From contig NC_058368.1 of NCBI RefSeq assembly GCF_018350175.1, positions 124,560,001 through 124,624,000 of the forward strand: 64,000 bases of DNA. The letters run 5' to 3'. This document shows positions 52,886 to 64,000 of this stretch, one piece after another. Below the pieces are notes generated by a model. That model did no database searches. It was not told where the DNA came from and worked only from the letters and a program-made list of their open reading frames with translations. The stretch's first letter is position 1; every line of letters begins with the position of its first letter. The DNA comes from Felis catus (taxonomy: Eukaryota). A program made the position numbers and the translations under genes.

Positions 52886-54416
52886 TCATCTAGACACAGG
52901 ATCATAAAGAAGCAAGGGCCCTGAATGATACATTGGATCAGATGGACTTGACAGATATATTTAGAACTCTGCATCCCAAAGCAACAGAATATACTTTCTT
53001 CTCAAGTGCACATGGAACATTCTCCAAGATAGATTACATACGGGGTCACAAAACAGCCCTTCATAAGTATACAAGAATTGAAATTATACCATGCACACTT
53101 TCAGACCACAATGCTATGAAGCTTGAAATCAACCACAGGAAAAAGTCTGGAAAACCTCCAAAAGCATGGAGGTTAAAGAACACCCTACTAAAGAATGAAT
53201 GGGACAACCAGGCAATTAGAGAAGAAATTTAAAAATATATGGAAACAAATGAAAATGAAAATACAACAATCCAAATGCTTTGGGATGCAGCGAAGGCAGT
53301 CCTGAGAGGAAAATACATTGCAATCCAGCCTATCTCAAGAAATAAGAAAAATCCCAAATACAAAATCTAACAGCACACCTAAAGGAACTAGAAGCAGAAC
53401 AGCAAAGACAGCCTAAACCCAGCAGAAGAAGAGAAATAATAAAGATCAGAGCAGAAATAAACGATATAGAATCTAAAAAAAACTGTAGAGCAGATCAATG
53501 AAACCAAGAGTTGGTTTTTTGAAAAAATAAACAAAGTTGATAAACCTCTAGCCAGGTTTCTCAAAAAGAAAAGGGAGATGACCCAAATAGATAAAATCAT
53601 GAGTGAAAATGAAATTATTACAACCAATCCCTCAGAAATACAAGCAATTATCAGGGAATACTATGAAAAATTATATGCCAACAAATTGGACAACCTGGAA
53701 GAAATGGAAAAATTCCTAAGCACCCACACGCTTCCAAAACTCAATCAGGAGGAAATACAAAACTTGAACAAACCCATAACCAGCAAAGAAATTGAATCGG
53801 TTATCAAAAATCTCCCAACAAATAAGAGTCCAGGACCAGATGGCTTCCCAGGGGAATTCTACCAGACATTTGAAGCAGAGATAATACCTATCGTTCTCAA
53901 GCTGTTCCAAAAAAATAGAAAGGGAAGGAAAACTTCCAGACTCATTCTATGAAGCCAGCATTACTTTGATTCCTAAACCAGACAAAGACCCAGCTAAAAA
54001 AGAGAACTACAGACCAATATCCCTGATGAATATGGATGCAAAAATTCTCAATAAGATACTAGCAAATTGAATTCAACAGCATATAAAAAGAATTATTCAG
54101 CATGATCAAGTGGGATTCATTCCTGGGATGCAGGGCTGGTTCAACATTCACAAATCAATCAATGTGATACATCACATTAATAAAAGAAAAGATAAGAACC
54201 ATAGGATCCTATCAATCGATACAGAAAAAGCATTTGACAAAATTCAGCATTCTTTCTTAAAAAAAACCCTCAAGAAAGTTCAAGTATACTTGAACATCAT
54301 AAATGCCATTTATGAAAAGCCCATAGCTAATATCATCCTCAATGGGGAAAAACTGAGAGCTTTTTCCCTGAGATCAGGAACATGACAGGGATGTCCACTC
54401 TCACCGCTGTTGCTTA
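52832..54416 (+). mobile_element. Outer 5'-truncated L1, left part (ORF2 endonuclease end to RT start), pseudogenised
   Basis: Starts at KNVVIAGDFNTPL codons; [12 protein letters not shown] and [12 protein letters not shown] motifs; 5' TSD AAATTATATTTACTCA at 52816-52831. Confidence 0.97.
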
Positions 54417-54651
54417 TTTTTTTTTTATATATGAAATTTATTGACAAATTGGTTTCCATACAACACCCAGTGCTCATCCCAAAAGGTGCCCTCCTCAATA
54501 CCCATCACCCACCCTCTCCTCCCTCCCACCCCCCATCAACCCTCAGTTTGTTCTCAGTTTTTAACAGTCTCTTATGCTTTGGCTCTCTCCCACTCTAACC
54601 TCTTTTTTTTTTTTTTTCCTTCCCCTCCCCCATGGGTTCCTGTTAAGTTTC

Positions 54652-57600
54652 TCAGGATCCACATAAGAGTGAAAACATATGGTATCTGTCTTTCTCTGTA
54701 TGGCTTATTTCACTTAGCATCACACTCTCCAGTTCCATCCACGTTGCTACAAAAGGCCATATTTCATTTTTTCTCATTGCCACGTAGTATTCCATTGTGT
54801 ATATAAACCACAATTTCTTTATCCATTCATCAGTTGATGGACATTTAGGCTCTTTCCATAATTTGGCTATTGTTGAGAGTGCTGCTATGAACACTGGGGT
54901 ACAAGTGGCCCTATGCATCAGTACTCCTGTATCCCTTGGGTAAATTCCTAGCAGTGCTATTGCTGGGTCATAGGGTAGGTCTATTTTTAATTTTCTGAGG
55001 AACCTCCACACTGCTTTCCAGAGCGGCTGCACCAATTGGCATTCCCACCAACAGTGCAAGAGGGTTCCCGTTTCTCCACATCCTCTCCAGCATCTATAGT
55101 CTCCTGATTTGTTCATTTTAGCCACACTGACTGGCGTGAGGTGATACCTGAGTGTGGTTTTGATTTATATTTCCCTGATAAGGAGCGACGCTGAACATCT
55201 TTTCATGTGCCTGTTGGCCATCCGGATGTCTTCTTTAGAGAAGTGTCTATTCATGTTTTCTGCCCATTTCTTCCCTGGGTTATTTGTTTTTCGGGTGTGG
55301 AGTTTGGTGAGCTCTTTATAGATTTTGGATACTAGCCCTTTGTCCAATATGTCATTTGCGAATACCTTTTCCCATTCCGTTGGTTGCCTTTTAGTTTTGT
55401 TGGTTGTTTCCTTTGCTGTGCAGAAGCTTTTTATCTTCATAAGGTCCCAGTAATTCACTTTTGCTTTTAATTCCCTTGCCTTTCGGGATGTGTCGAGTAA
55501 GAGATTGCTACGGCTGAGGTCAGAGAGGTCTTTTCCTGCTTTCTCCTCTAGGGTTTTGATGGTTTCCTGTCTCACATTTAGGTCCTTTATCCATTTTGAG
55601 TTTATTTTTGTGAATGGTGTGAGAAAGTGGTCTAGTTTCAACCTTCTGCATGTTGCTGTCCAGTTCTCCCAGCACCATTTGTTAAAGAGACTGTCTTTTT
55701 TCCATTGGATGTTCTTTCCTGCTTTGTCAAAGATTAGTTGGCCATACGTTTGTGGGTCTAGTTCTGGGGTTTCTATTCTATTCCATTGGTCTATGTGTCT
55801 GTTTTTGTGCCAATACCATGCTGTCTTGATGATGACAGCTTTGTAGTAGAGGCTAAAGTCTGGGATTGTGATGCCTCCTGCTTTGGTCTTCTTCAAAATT
55901 CCTTTGGCTATTCGGGGCCTTTTGCGGTTCCATATGAATTTTAGGATTGCTTGTTCTAGTTTCGAGAAGAATGCTGGTGCAATTTTGATTGGGATTGCAT
56001 TGAATGTGTAGATAGCTTTGGGTACTATTGACATTTTGACAATATTTATTTTTCCAATCCATGAGCAGGGAATGTCTTTCCATTTCTTTAAATCTTCTTC
56101 AATTACCTTTATAAGCTTTCTATAGTTTTCAGCATACAGATCCTTTACATCTTTGGTTAGATTTATTCCTAGGTATTTTATGCTTCTTGGTGCAATTGTG
56201 AATGGGATCAGTTTCTTTATTTGTCTTTCTGTTGCTTCATTGTTAGTGTATAAGAATGCAACTGATTTCTGTACATTGATTTTGTATCCTGCAACTTTGC
56301 TGAATTCATGTATCAGTTCTAGCAGACTTTTGGTGGAGTCTATCGGGTTTTCCATGTATAATATCATGTCATCTGCAAAAAGTGAAAGCTTGACTTCATC
56401 TTTGCCAATTTTGATGCCTTTGATTTCCTTTTGTTGTCTGATTGCTGATGCTAGAACTTCCAGCACTATGTTAAACAACAGCGGTGAGAGTGGGCATCCC
56501 TGTTGTGTTCCTGATCTCAGGGAAAAAGCTCTCAATTTTTCCCCGTTGAGGATGATGTTAGCTGTGGGCTTTTCATAAATGGCTTTTATGATCTTTAAGT
56601 ATGTTCCTTCTATCCCGACTTTCTCAAGGGTTTTTATTAAGAAAGGGTGCTGGATTTTGTCAAAGGCCTTTTCTGCATCGATGGACAGGATCATATGGTT
56701 CTTCTCTTTTTTTTTGTTAATGTGATGTATCACGTTGATTGATTTGCGAATGTTGAACCAGCCCTGCATCCCAGGAATGAATCCCACTTGATCATGCTGA
56801 ATAATTCTTTTTATATGCCGTTGAATTCGATTTGCTAGTATCTTATTGAGAATTTTTGCATCCATATTCATCAGGGATATTGGCCTGTAGTTCTCTTTTT
56901 TTACTGGGTCTCTGTCTGGTTTAGGAATCAAAGTAATACTGGCTTCATAGAATGAGTCTGGAAGTTTTCCTTCCCTTTCTATTTCTTAGAATAGCTTGAG
57001 AAGGATAGGTATTATCTCTGCTTTAAATGTCTGGTAGAACTCCACTGGGAAGCCATCTGGTCCTGGACTCTTATTTGTTGGGAGATTTTTGATAACCGAT
57101 TCAATTTCTTCGCTGGTTATGGGTCTGTTCAAGCTTTCTATTTCCTACTGATTGAGTTTTGGAAGAGTGTGGGTGTTCAGGAATTTGTCCATTTCTTCCA
57201 GGTTGTCCAATTTGTTGGCATATAATTTTTCATAGTATTCCCTGATAATTGTTTGTATCTCTGAGGGATTGGTTGTAATCATTCCATTTTCACTCATGAT
57301 TTTATCTATTTGGGTCATCTCCCTTTTCTTTTTGAGAAGCCTGGCTAGAGGTTTATCAACTTTGTTTATTTTTTCAAAAAACCAACTCTTGGTTTCATTG
57401 ATCTGCTCTACAGTTTTTTTTAGATTCTATATCGTTTATTTCTGCTCTGATCTTTATTATTTCTCTTCTTCTGCTGGGTTTAGGCTGTCTTTGCTGTTCT
57501 GCTTCTAGTTCCTTTAGGTGTGCTGTTAGATTTTGTATTTGGGATTTTTCTTATTTCTTGAGATAGGCCTGGATTGCAATGTATTTTCCTCTCAGGACTG

Positions 57601-58474
57601 CCTTCGCTGCATCCCAAAGCATTTGGATTGTTGTATTTTCATTTTCATTTGTTTCCATATATTTTTAAATTTCTTCTCTAATTGCCTGGTTGTCCCATTC
57701 ATTCTTTAGTAGGGTGTTCTTTAACCTCCATGCTTTTGGAGGTTTTCCAGACTTTTTTCTGTGGTTGATTTGAAGCTTCATAGCATTGTGGTCTGAAAGT
57801 ATGCATGGTATAATTTCAATTCTTGTATACTTATGAAGGGCTGTTTTGTGACCCCGTATATGATCTATCTTGGAGAATGTTCCATGTGCACTCGAGAAGA
57901 AAGTATATTCTGTTGCTTTGGGATGTAGAGTTCTAAATATATCTGTCAAGTCCATCTGATCCAATGTATCATTCAGGGCCCTTGTTTCTTTATTGACCGT
58001 GTGTCTAGATGATCTATCCATTTCTGTAAGTGGGGTGTTAAAGTCCCCTGCAATTACCACATTCTTATCAATAAGGTTGCTTATGTTTATGAGTAATTGT
58101 TTTATATATTTGGGGGCTCCGGTATTCGGCGCATAGACATTTATAATTGTTAGCTCTTCCTGATGGATAGACCCTGTAACTATTATATAATGTCCTTCTT
58201 CATCTCTTGTTACAGCCTTTAATTTAAAGTCTAGTTTGTCTGATATAAGTATGGCTACTCCAGCTTTCTTTTGGCTTCCAGTCGCATGATAAATAGTTCT
58301 CCATCCCCTCACTCTCAATCTAAAGGTGTCCTCAGGTCTAAAATGAGTCTCTTGTAGACAGCAAATAGATGGGTCTTGTTTTTTTATCCATTCTGATACC
58401 CTATGTCTTTTGGTTGGCGCATTTAATCCATTTACATTCAGTGCTATTATAGAAAGATATGGGTTTAGAGTCAT
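54652..58474 (-). pseudogene. L1 ORF2p (APE endonuclease, reverse transcriptase, C-terminal cysteine-rich domain), disrupted
   Basis: NVNGL, LQET, GDFN, SDH, QGCPLSP, FADD, CWRGC...HCWWEC motifs; stops at 57665, 57551, 57145, 56986 and 55165; +1 frameshift at 57414-57421. Confidence 0.97.
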
Positions 58475-58523
58475 TGTGATGTCTGTATGTTTTATGCTGT
58501 AGTGATGTCTCTGGGACTTTGTC

Positions 58524-59417
58524 TCACAGGGTCCCCCTTAGGATCTCTTGTAGGGCTGGTTTAGTGGTGACAAATTCCTTCAGTTTTTGTTTGTTTGGGA
58601 AGACCTTTATCTCTCCTTCTATTCTAAATGACAGACTTGCTGGATAAAGGATTCTTGGCTGCATATTTTTTCTGTCTAGCACCCTGAAAATCTCGTGCCA
58701 ATTCTTTCTGGCCTGCCAAGTTTCAAAAGAGAGATCAGTCACGAGTCTTATAGGTCTCCCTTTATATGTGAGGGCACGTTTACCCCTTGCTGCTTTCAGA
58801 ATTTTCTCTTCATCCTTGTATTTTGCCAGTTTCACTATGTTATGTCGTGCAGAAGATCGATTCAAGTTACGTCTGAAGGGAGTTCTCTGTGCCTCTTGGA
58901 TTTCAATGCCTTTTTCCTTCCCCAGTTCAGGGAAGTTCTCAGCTATTATTTCTTCAAGTACCCCTTCAGCACCTTTCCCTCTCTCTTCCTCCTCTGGGAT
59001 ACCAATTATGCGTATATTATTTCTTTTTAGTGTATCACTTAGTTCTCTAATTTTCCCCTCATACTCCTGGATTTTTTTATCTCTCTTTTTCTCAGCTTCC
59101 TCTTTTTCCATAACTTTATCTTCTAGTTCACCTATTCTCTCCTCTGCCTCTTCAAGCCGAGGTGTGGTGGTTTCCATTTTGTTATGCATTTCGTTTAAAG
59201 CGTTTTTCAGCTCCTCGTGACTGTTCCTTAGTCCCTTGATCTCTGTAGCAAGAGATTCTCTGCTGTCCTCTATACTGTTTTCAAGCCCAGCGATTAATTT
59301 TATCACTATTATTCTAAATTCACTTTCTGTTATATTATTTAAATCCTTTTTGATCAGCTCATTAGCTGTTGTTATTTCCTGGAGGTTCTTCTGAGGGAAA
59401 TTCTTCCGCTTGGTCAT
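58524..59417 (-). CDS. L1 ORF1p RNA-binding protein, 297 aa, open frame
   Basis: ATG at 59417 (MTKRKNFPQK), coiled-coil region, KRNNIRIIGIPEEEE, ILKAAR, YPASLSF, KPALQEIL. Confidence 0.95.
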   Translation of the reverse strand: MTKRKNFPQKNLQEITTANELIKKDLNNITESEFRIIVIKLIAGLENSIEDSRESLATEIKGLRNSHEELKNALNEMHNKMETTTPRLEEAEERIGELEDKVMEKEEAEKKRDKKIQEYEGKIRELSDTLKRNNIRIIGIPEEEERGKGAEGVLEEIIAENFPELGKEKGIEIQEAQRTPFRRNLNRSSARHNIVKLAKYKDEEKILKAARGKRALTYKGRPIRLVTDLSFETWQARKNWHEIFRVLDRKNMQPRILYPASLSFRIEGEIKVFPNKQKLKEFVTTKPALQEILRGTL

Positions 59418-60348
59418 TTTGGATAGTCCTTGGCGTGGTGAGGACCTGCAGGGCACTTCCCCTGCGCTGTGGTGTATAACTGGAGTTGGTGGGCGGGGCT
59501 GCAGTCAGACCTGATGTCTGCCCCCAGCCCACCGCTGGGGCCACAGTCAGACTGGTGTGTGCCTTCTCTTCCCCTCTCCTAGGGGCGGGATTCACTGTGG
59601 GGTGGTGTGGCCCGTCTGGGCTACTTGCACACTGCCAGGCTTGTGATGCTGGGGATCTGGCGTATTAGCTGGGGTGGGTAGGCAAGGTGCACAGGGGCAG
59701 GAGGGGCAGGCTTAGATCGCTTCTCCTTAGGTGATCCACTTCAGGAGGGTCCCTGTGGCAGTGGGAGGGAGTCAGATCCGCTGCCGGAGGTTTGGCTCCG
59801 CAGAAGCACAGAGTTGGGTGTTTGCGCGGAGCGAGCAAGTTCCCTGGCAGGAACTGGTTCTCTTTGGGATTTTGGCTGGGGGATGGGCGGGGGAGATGGC
59901 GCTGGCGAGCGCCTTTGTTCCCCACCAAACTGAGCTCTGTCGTCAGGGGGCTCAGCAGCTCTCCCTCCCTTTGTCCTCCAGCCTTCCCGCTTTCCGAGCA
60001 GAGCTGTTAACTTATGACCTCCCAGACGCTAAGTCGCGCTTGTTGTGGGAACACAGTCCGTCAGGCCCCTCCGCTTTTGCCAGCCAGACTCGGGGGCTCT
60101 GCTTGGCCGGCGAGCCGCCCCTCCGCCCCGGCTCCCTCCCGCCAGTCCGTGGAGCGCGCACCGCCTCGCCGCCCTTCCTACCCTCTTCTGTGGGCCTCTC
60201 GTCTGCGTTTGGCTCCGGCGACTCCGTTCTGCTAATCCTCTGGCGGTTTTCTGGGTTATTTAGGCAGGTGTAGGTGGAATCTAAGTGATCAGCAGGACGT
60301 GCGGTGAGCCCAGCGTCCTCCTAAGCCGCCATCTTCTCTTCCCCAGTC
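59418..60348 (-). promoter_or_regulatory. L1 5' UTR internal promoter
   Basis: CpG-rich; YY1-type motif AAGATGGCGG within 25 nt of the 5' end. Confidence 0.85.
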
Positions 60349-62414
60349 CTCACCGCTGTTGTTTAACACGGTGTTGGAAGTGCTAGCATCAGCAATCAGA
60401 CAACAAAAGGAAATCAAAGGCATCAAAATGGCAAAGATGAAGTCAAGCTTTCACTTTTTGCAGATGACATGATATTATACATGGAAAACCCGATAGACTC
60501 CACCAAAAGTCTGCTAGAACTGATACATGAATTCAGCAAAGTTGCAGGATACAAAATCAATGTACAGAAATCAGTTGCATTCTTATACACTAATAATGAA
60601 GCAACAGAAAGACAAATAAAGAAACTGATCCCATTCACAATTGCACCAAGAAGCATAAAATACCTAGGAATAAACCTAACCAAAGATGTACAAGATCTGT
60701 ATGCTGAAAACTATAGAAAGCTTATAAAGGTAATTGAAGAAGATTTAAAGAAATGGAAAGACATTCCCTGCTCATGGATTGGAAGAATAAATATTGTCAA
60801 AATGTCAATAGTACCCAAAGCTATCTACACATTCAATGCAATCCCAATCAAAATTGCACCAGCATTCTTCTCGAAGCTAGGACAAGCAATCCTAAAATTT
60901 GTATGGAATCACAAAAGACCCCGAGTAGCCAAAGTAATATTGAAGAAGAAGACCAAAGCAGGAGGCATCACAATCCCAGACTTTTGCCTCTACTACAAAG
61001 CTGTAATCATCAAGACAGCATGATATTGGCACAAAAACAGACACATAGACCAATGGAATAGAAAATAGAAACCCCAGAATTAGACCCACAAAAGTATGGC
61101 CAACTAATCTTTGACAAAGCAGGAAAGAACATCCAATGGAAAAAAGACAGTCTCTTTAACAAATGGTGCTGGGAGAACTGGAAAGCAACATGCAGAAGGA
61201 TGAAACTAGACCACTTTCTTATACCACTCACAAAAATAAACTCAAAATGGATAAAGGACCTGAATGTGAGACAGGAAACCATCAAAACTGTAGAGGAGAA
61301 AGCAGGAAAAAACTTCTCTGACCTCAGCCGCAGCAATTTCTTACTTGACACATCCCCAAAGGCAAGGGAATTAAAAGCAAAAATGAACTATTGGGACCTC
61401 ATGAAGATAAAAAGCTTCTGCACAGCAAAGGAAACAACCAACAAAACTAAAAGGCAACCAACGGAATGGGAAAAGGTATTCGCAAATGACATATTGGACA
61501 AAGGGCTAGTATCCAAAATCTATAAAGAGCTCACCAAACTCCACACCTGAAAAACAAATAATCCAGTGAAGAAATGGGCAGAAAACATGAATAGACACTT
61601 CTCTCAAGAAGACATCCAGATGGCCAACAGGCACATGAAAAGATGCTCAACATCGCTTCTCATCAGGGAAATATAAATCAAAACCACACTCAGATACCAC
61701 CTCACTCCAGCCAGAGTGGCTAAAATGAACAAATCAGGAGACTATACATGCTGGTGAGGATGTGGAAAAATGGGAACCCTCTTGCACTGTTGGTGGGAAT
61801 GCAAACTGGTGCAGCCACTCTGGAAAACAGTGTAGAGGTTCCTCAAAAAATTAAAAATAGACCTACCCTATGACCCAGCAATAGCACTGCTAGGAATTTA
61901 CCCAAGGGATACAGGAGTACTGATGCATAGGGGCACTTGTACCCCAATGTTTATAGCAGCACTTTCAACAATAGCCAAATTATGGAAAGAGCCTAAATGT
62001 CCATCAACTGATGAATGGATAAAGAAATTGTGGTTTTTACACACAATGGAATACTATGTGGCAGTGAGAAAGAATGAAATATGGTCTTTTGTAGCAACAT
62101 GGATGGAACTGGAGAGTGTGATGCTAAGTGAAATAAGTCATACAGAGAAAGACAGATACCATATGTTTTCACTCTTATGTGGATCCTGAGAAACTTAACA
62201 GAAGACCAAGGGGGAGAGGAAGAAAATTAAAATAAGAGGTTAGAGAGGGAGGGAGCCAAAACATAAGAGACTCTTAAAAACTGAGAACAAACTGAGGGTT
62301 TATGGGGGATGGGAGGGAGAGGAGAGTGGGTGATGGGTATCGAGGAGGGCACCTGTTGGGATGGGCACTGGGTGTTGTATGGAAACCAATTTGATGATAA
62401 ATTTCATATTTAAA
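60349..62414 (+). mobile_element. Outer L1, right part (RT to 3' UTR), pseudogenised
   Basis: Resumes ORF2 at SPLLFN exactly where the left part stops; FADD, YLG motifs; 3' TSD AAATTATATTTACTCA at 62415-62430. Confidence 0.97.
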
Positions 62415-62467
62415 AAATTATATTTACTCACTTCTGCCTTTGGGAACTGTAGCAAATACTTTAATGG

Positions 62468-62871
62468 TGTGATGGTCTTTTAATATGTCAACTTGACCAG
62501 CCTGTTATCCCCAGTTATTTAATCAAACAGCAATATCAGTGTCACTGTGAAGGTGTTCTATAGATGTGATTAAAGCCCAGAATCAGTTTATTTTAAGTAA
62601 GGGTGATTAATATAGATAATCTAGTGGTCTTGACCCAATCACTTGAAAGGCTTTAAGAGATGAACTAAGGCTTCCCCAAAGAAGAAATTCTGCCTGTAGA
62701 CTGCTGTTTCAGCCCTAAGATTTCCAGCCTGTCCTTCCTGATGGCCTGCTCTATGTATTTCGGACTCACCTAGCCAGTGGTCATAATTGTGTAAGCCAAC
62801 TGCTTGCAATAAATCTCTGAATTTATATCTCCTACTGGTTCTGCTTCTCTAGCTGAACCCTGACTGATATA
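62468..62871 (+). mobile_element. MLT2 (ERVL) solo LTR
   Basis: TGTGATGG...TGTCAACTTGAC, AGAAGAAATTCTGCCT, GTAAGCCAA, AATAAATCTC, CTACTGGTTCTGCTTCTCT...GAACCCTGACTGATA. Confidence 0.88.
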
Positions 62872-62924
62872 TGTATGCAGCCTAGATGCCGTTCAAGACT
62901 GAAGGATTTGTTGTTTCAGCTATT

Positions 62925-63385
62925 GGGAGAGCTGCTAGTAGAAGCCCTTGGCTGTCAGCCATCTTCAGGGATTCTTTGACTGAAAACAGCCACCTTGCCC
63001 TAGGTTACATTCCCTTCCCAAGGAATGGTGCATCTAATGATAGGTTGATGTCAGGTATAAAAACCTAGTTCCCCTGCTCTGACTCTGGATAACCCTGAAG
63101 GGCTGCCCAAGTTTACAGCTACCCATGTGCTTAGTTGAGGCTTTCAGGGCAGCTGCATCACAGACAACTTCTTCCTCCACCCCAGCCCCCTTACTTAGGT
63201 ACCAACTCCAAGAGCATTGCCTAATAACCTCCAGCCTGTCAATCCCTGTCTACTTCCCACTTGTACAGGGACCTTTTTCATGGAGTTCCCTTTTATTTCT
63301 TACATCTTTGAATTTTCATTTCTCTCCTTCCCCTCATCACATACATATTCTGGGCTCTCCCATGTTTAAAGGAAACACAACCAAT
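62925..63385 (+). mobile_element. LTR16-like ERVL LTR
   Basis: TGACTGAAAACAGCCACCTTGCCCTAGGT, TCTGACTCTGGATAACCCTGAAGGG, CAACTTCTTCCTCCACCCAG. Confidence 0.5.
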
Positions 63386-63499
63386 AAACATAATAACTAT
63401 TCCTAAATTCTGTGTCATCCTCAAGTTATGGCTGTTTTTTTTTCCTATATCCAAACTTCTTGAAGAACTAAATTGACATGTTTCCACTTTGCTTTCTAT

Positions 63500-64000
63500 A
63501 CAACACAATGTGCTTCATTCTTCCTCTAAAATATATTTTACTAAGGTCACCAGTGACTTCCTATTTATTAAAATACCATGGGCACTCTTCAGCCTTCCCA
63601 TACTTGACTTGACTGTTGAAAATGTGACCCTCTCCATCCTTTTTTGAAACTATTGCCCAGCTCCAATAGCCTCCATGACTCCCTCTGCCCTGGACATCTG
63701 TGTATCTCTTTGGCTTTTCCCTTTCAGTCTTCTTCACGGACATCCTCTGTCAGTGACTGAAGTCTCTTCTCAGTCTGTACTCTCTCCTGTGGCAATCTGG
63801 TCATACTCATAGTTCCAGCTACCACCTATGTGCTGATGATTCCCAAATCCATATTTCCAAACTCTACCTATGTCTTGTGCTCTAAACTCCATATTTCCAG
63901 CTACTGTATATTTCTCCATGAATTTCTTGCCTTTTCTGACATGAACTCACTCTTACACATGTTCTTCCTTCCTGAGCTAATAGCACAATACCATTCTTCT
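63500..64000 (+). mobile_element. L2 LINE RT-region fragment
   Basis: AAGGTCACCAGTGACTTCCT; degenerate YADD motif YHLCADDSQI at 63820-63849. Confidence 0.8.

Larger units (their letters stand above)
54417..60348 (-). mobile_element. Full-length carnivore L1 (about 5.9 kb) inserted antisense in another L1
   Basis: CpG-rich 5' UTR, ORF1, ORF2, 3' UTR, AATAAA at 54437-54442, A10 tail; TSD CTCACCGCTGTTG(C/T)TT at 54400-54415 and 60349-60364. Confidence 0.98.

Noticed and set aside
55165..56931. 588-aa RT ORF as an active or domesticated gene
   Set aside because: It is only the stop-free interval of a disrupted L1 ORF2, with no natural ATG start and no linked endonuclease
59731..60273. 180-aa antisense ORF in the L1 5' UTR
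   Set aside because: GTG start and GC-rich sequence; no evidence of coding
52832..62414. Single L1 with a twin-priming inversion, or a simple inverted duplication
   Set aside because: The inner element has its own 5' UTR, ORF1, poly(A) and TSD, and the outer halves join seamlessly, so there were two independent insertions

Overview
Mammalian genomic DNA, not microbial. The Can-SINEs and the L1 type point to a carnivore, most likely a felid. No host protein-coding exon can be identified with confidence. The window is mostly interspersed repeats (Can-SINE, MIR, L1, L2, MaLR/ERVL/ERV1 LTRs, MER58, Tigger-like), microsatellites and one U6 snRNA retrocopy. A CpG island/promoter at about 17.7-18.55 kb carries a GATA-motif cluster and a probable minus-strand non-coding first exon; the gene is not identified. 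The most unusual structure is at 52.6-62.4 kb: a full-length L1 (minus strand, intact ORF1, dead ORF2) inserted antisense into ORF2 of a 5'-truncated L1, with both sets of target-site duplications (TSDs) readable. The two copies share three nonsense codons and a frameshift in patches while diverging elsewhere. This points to gene conversion between inverted arms, though an assembly artefact is possible. The outer L1's 5' junction is also tandemly duplicated with templated filler. I found no support for a new multi-gene system. Repeat subfamily names come from remembered consensus sequences and need RepeatMasker/Dfam confirmation; boundaries of old repeats are approximate.
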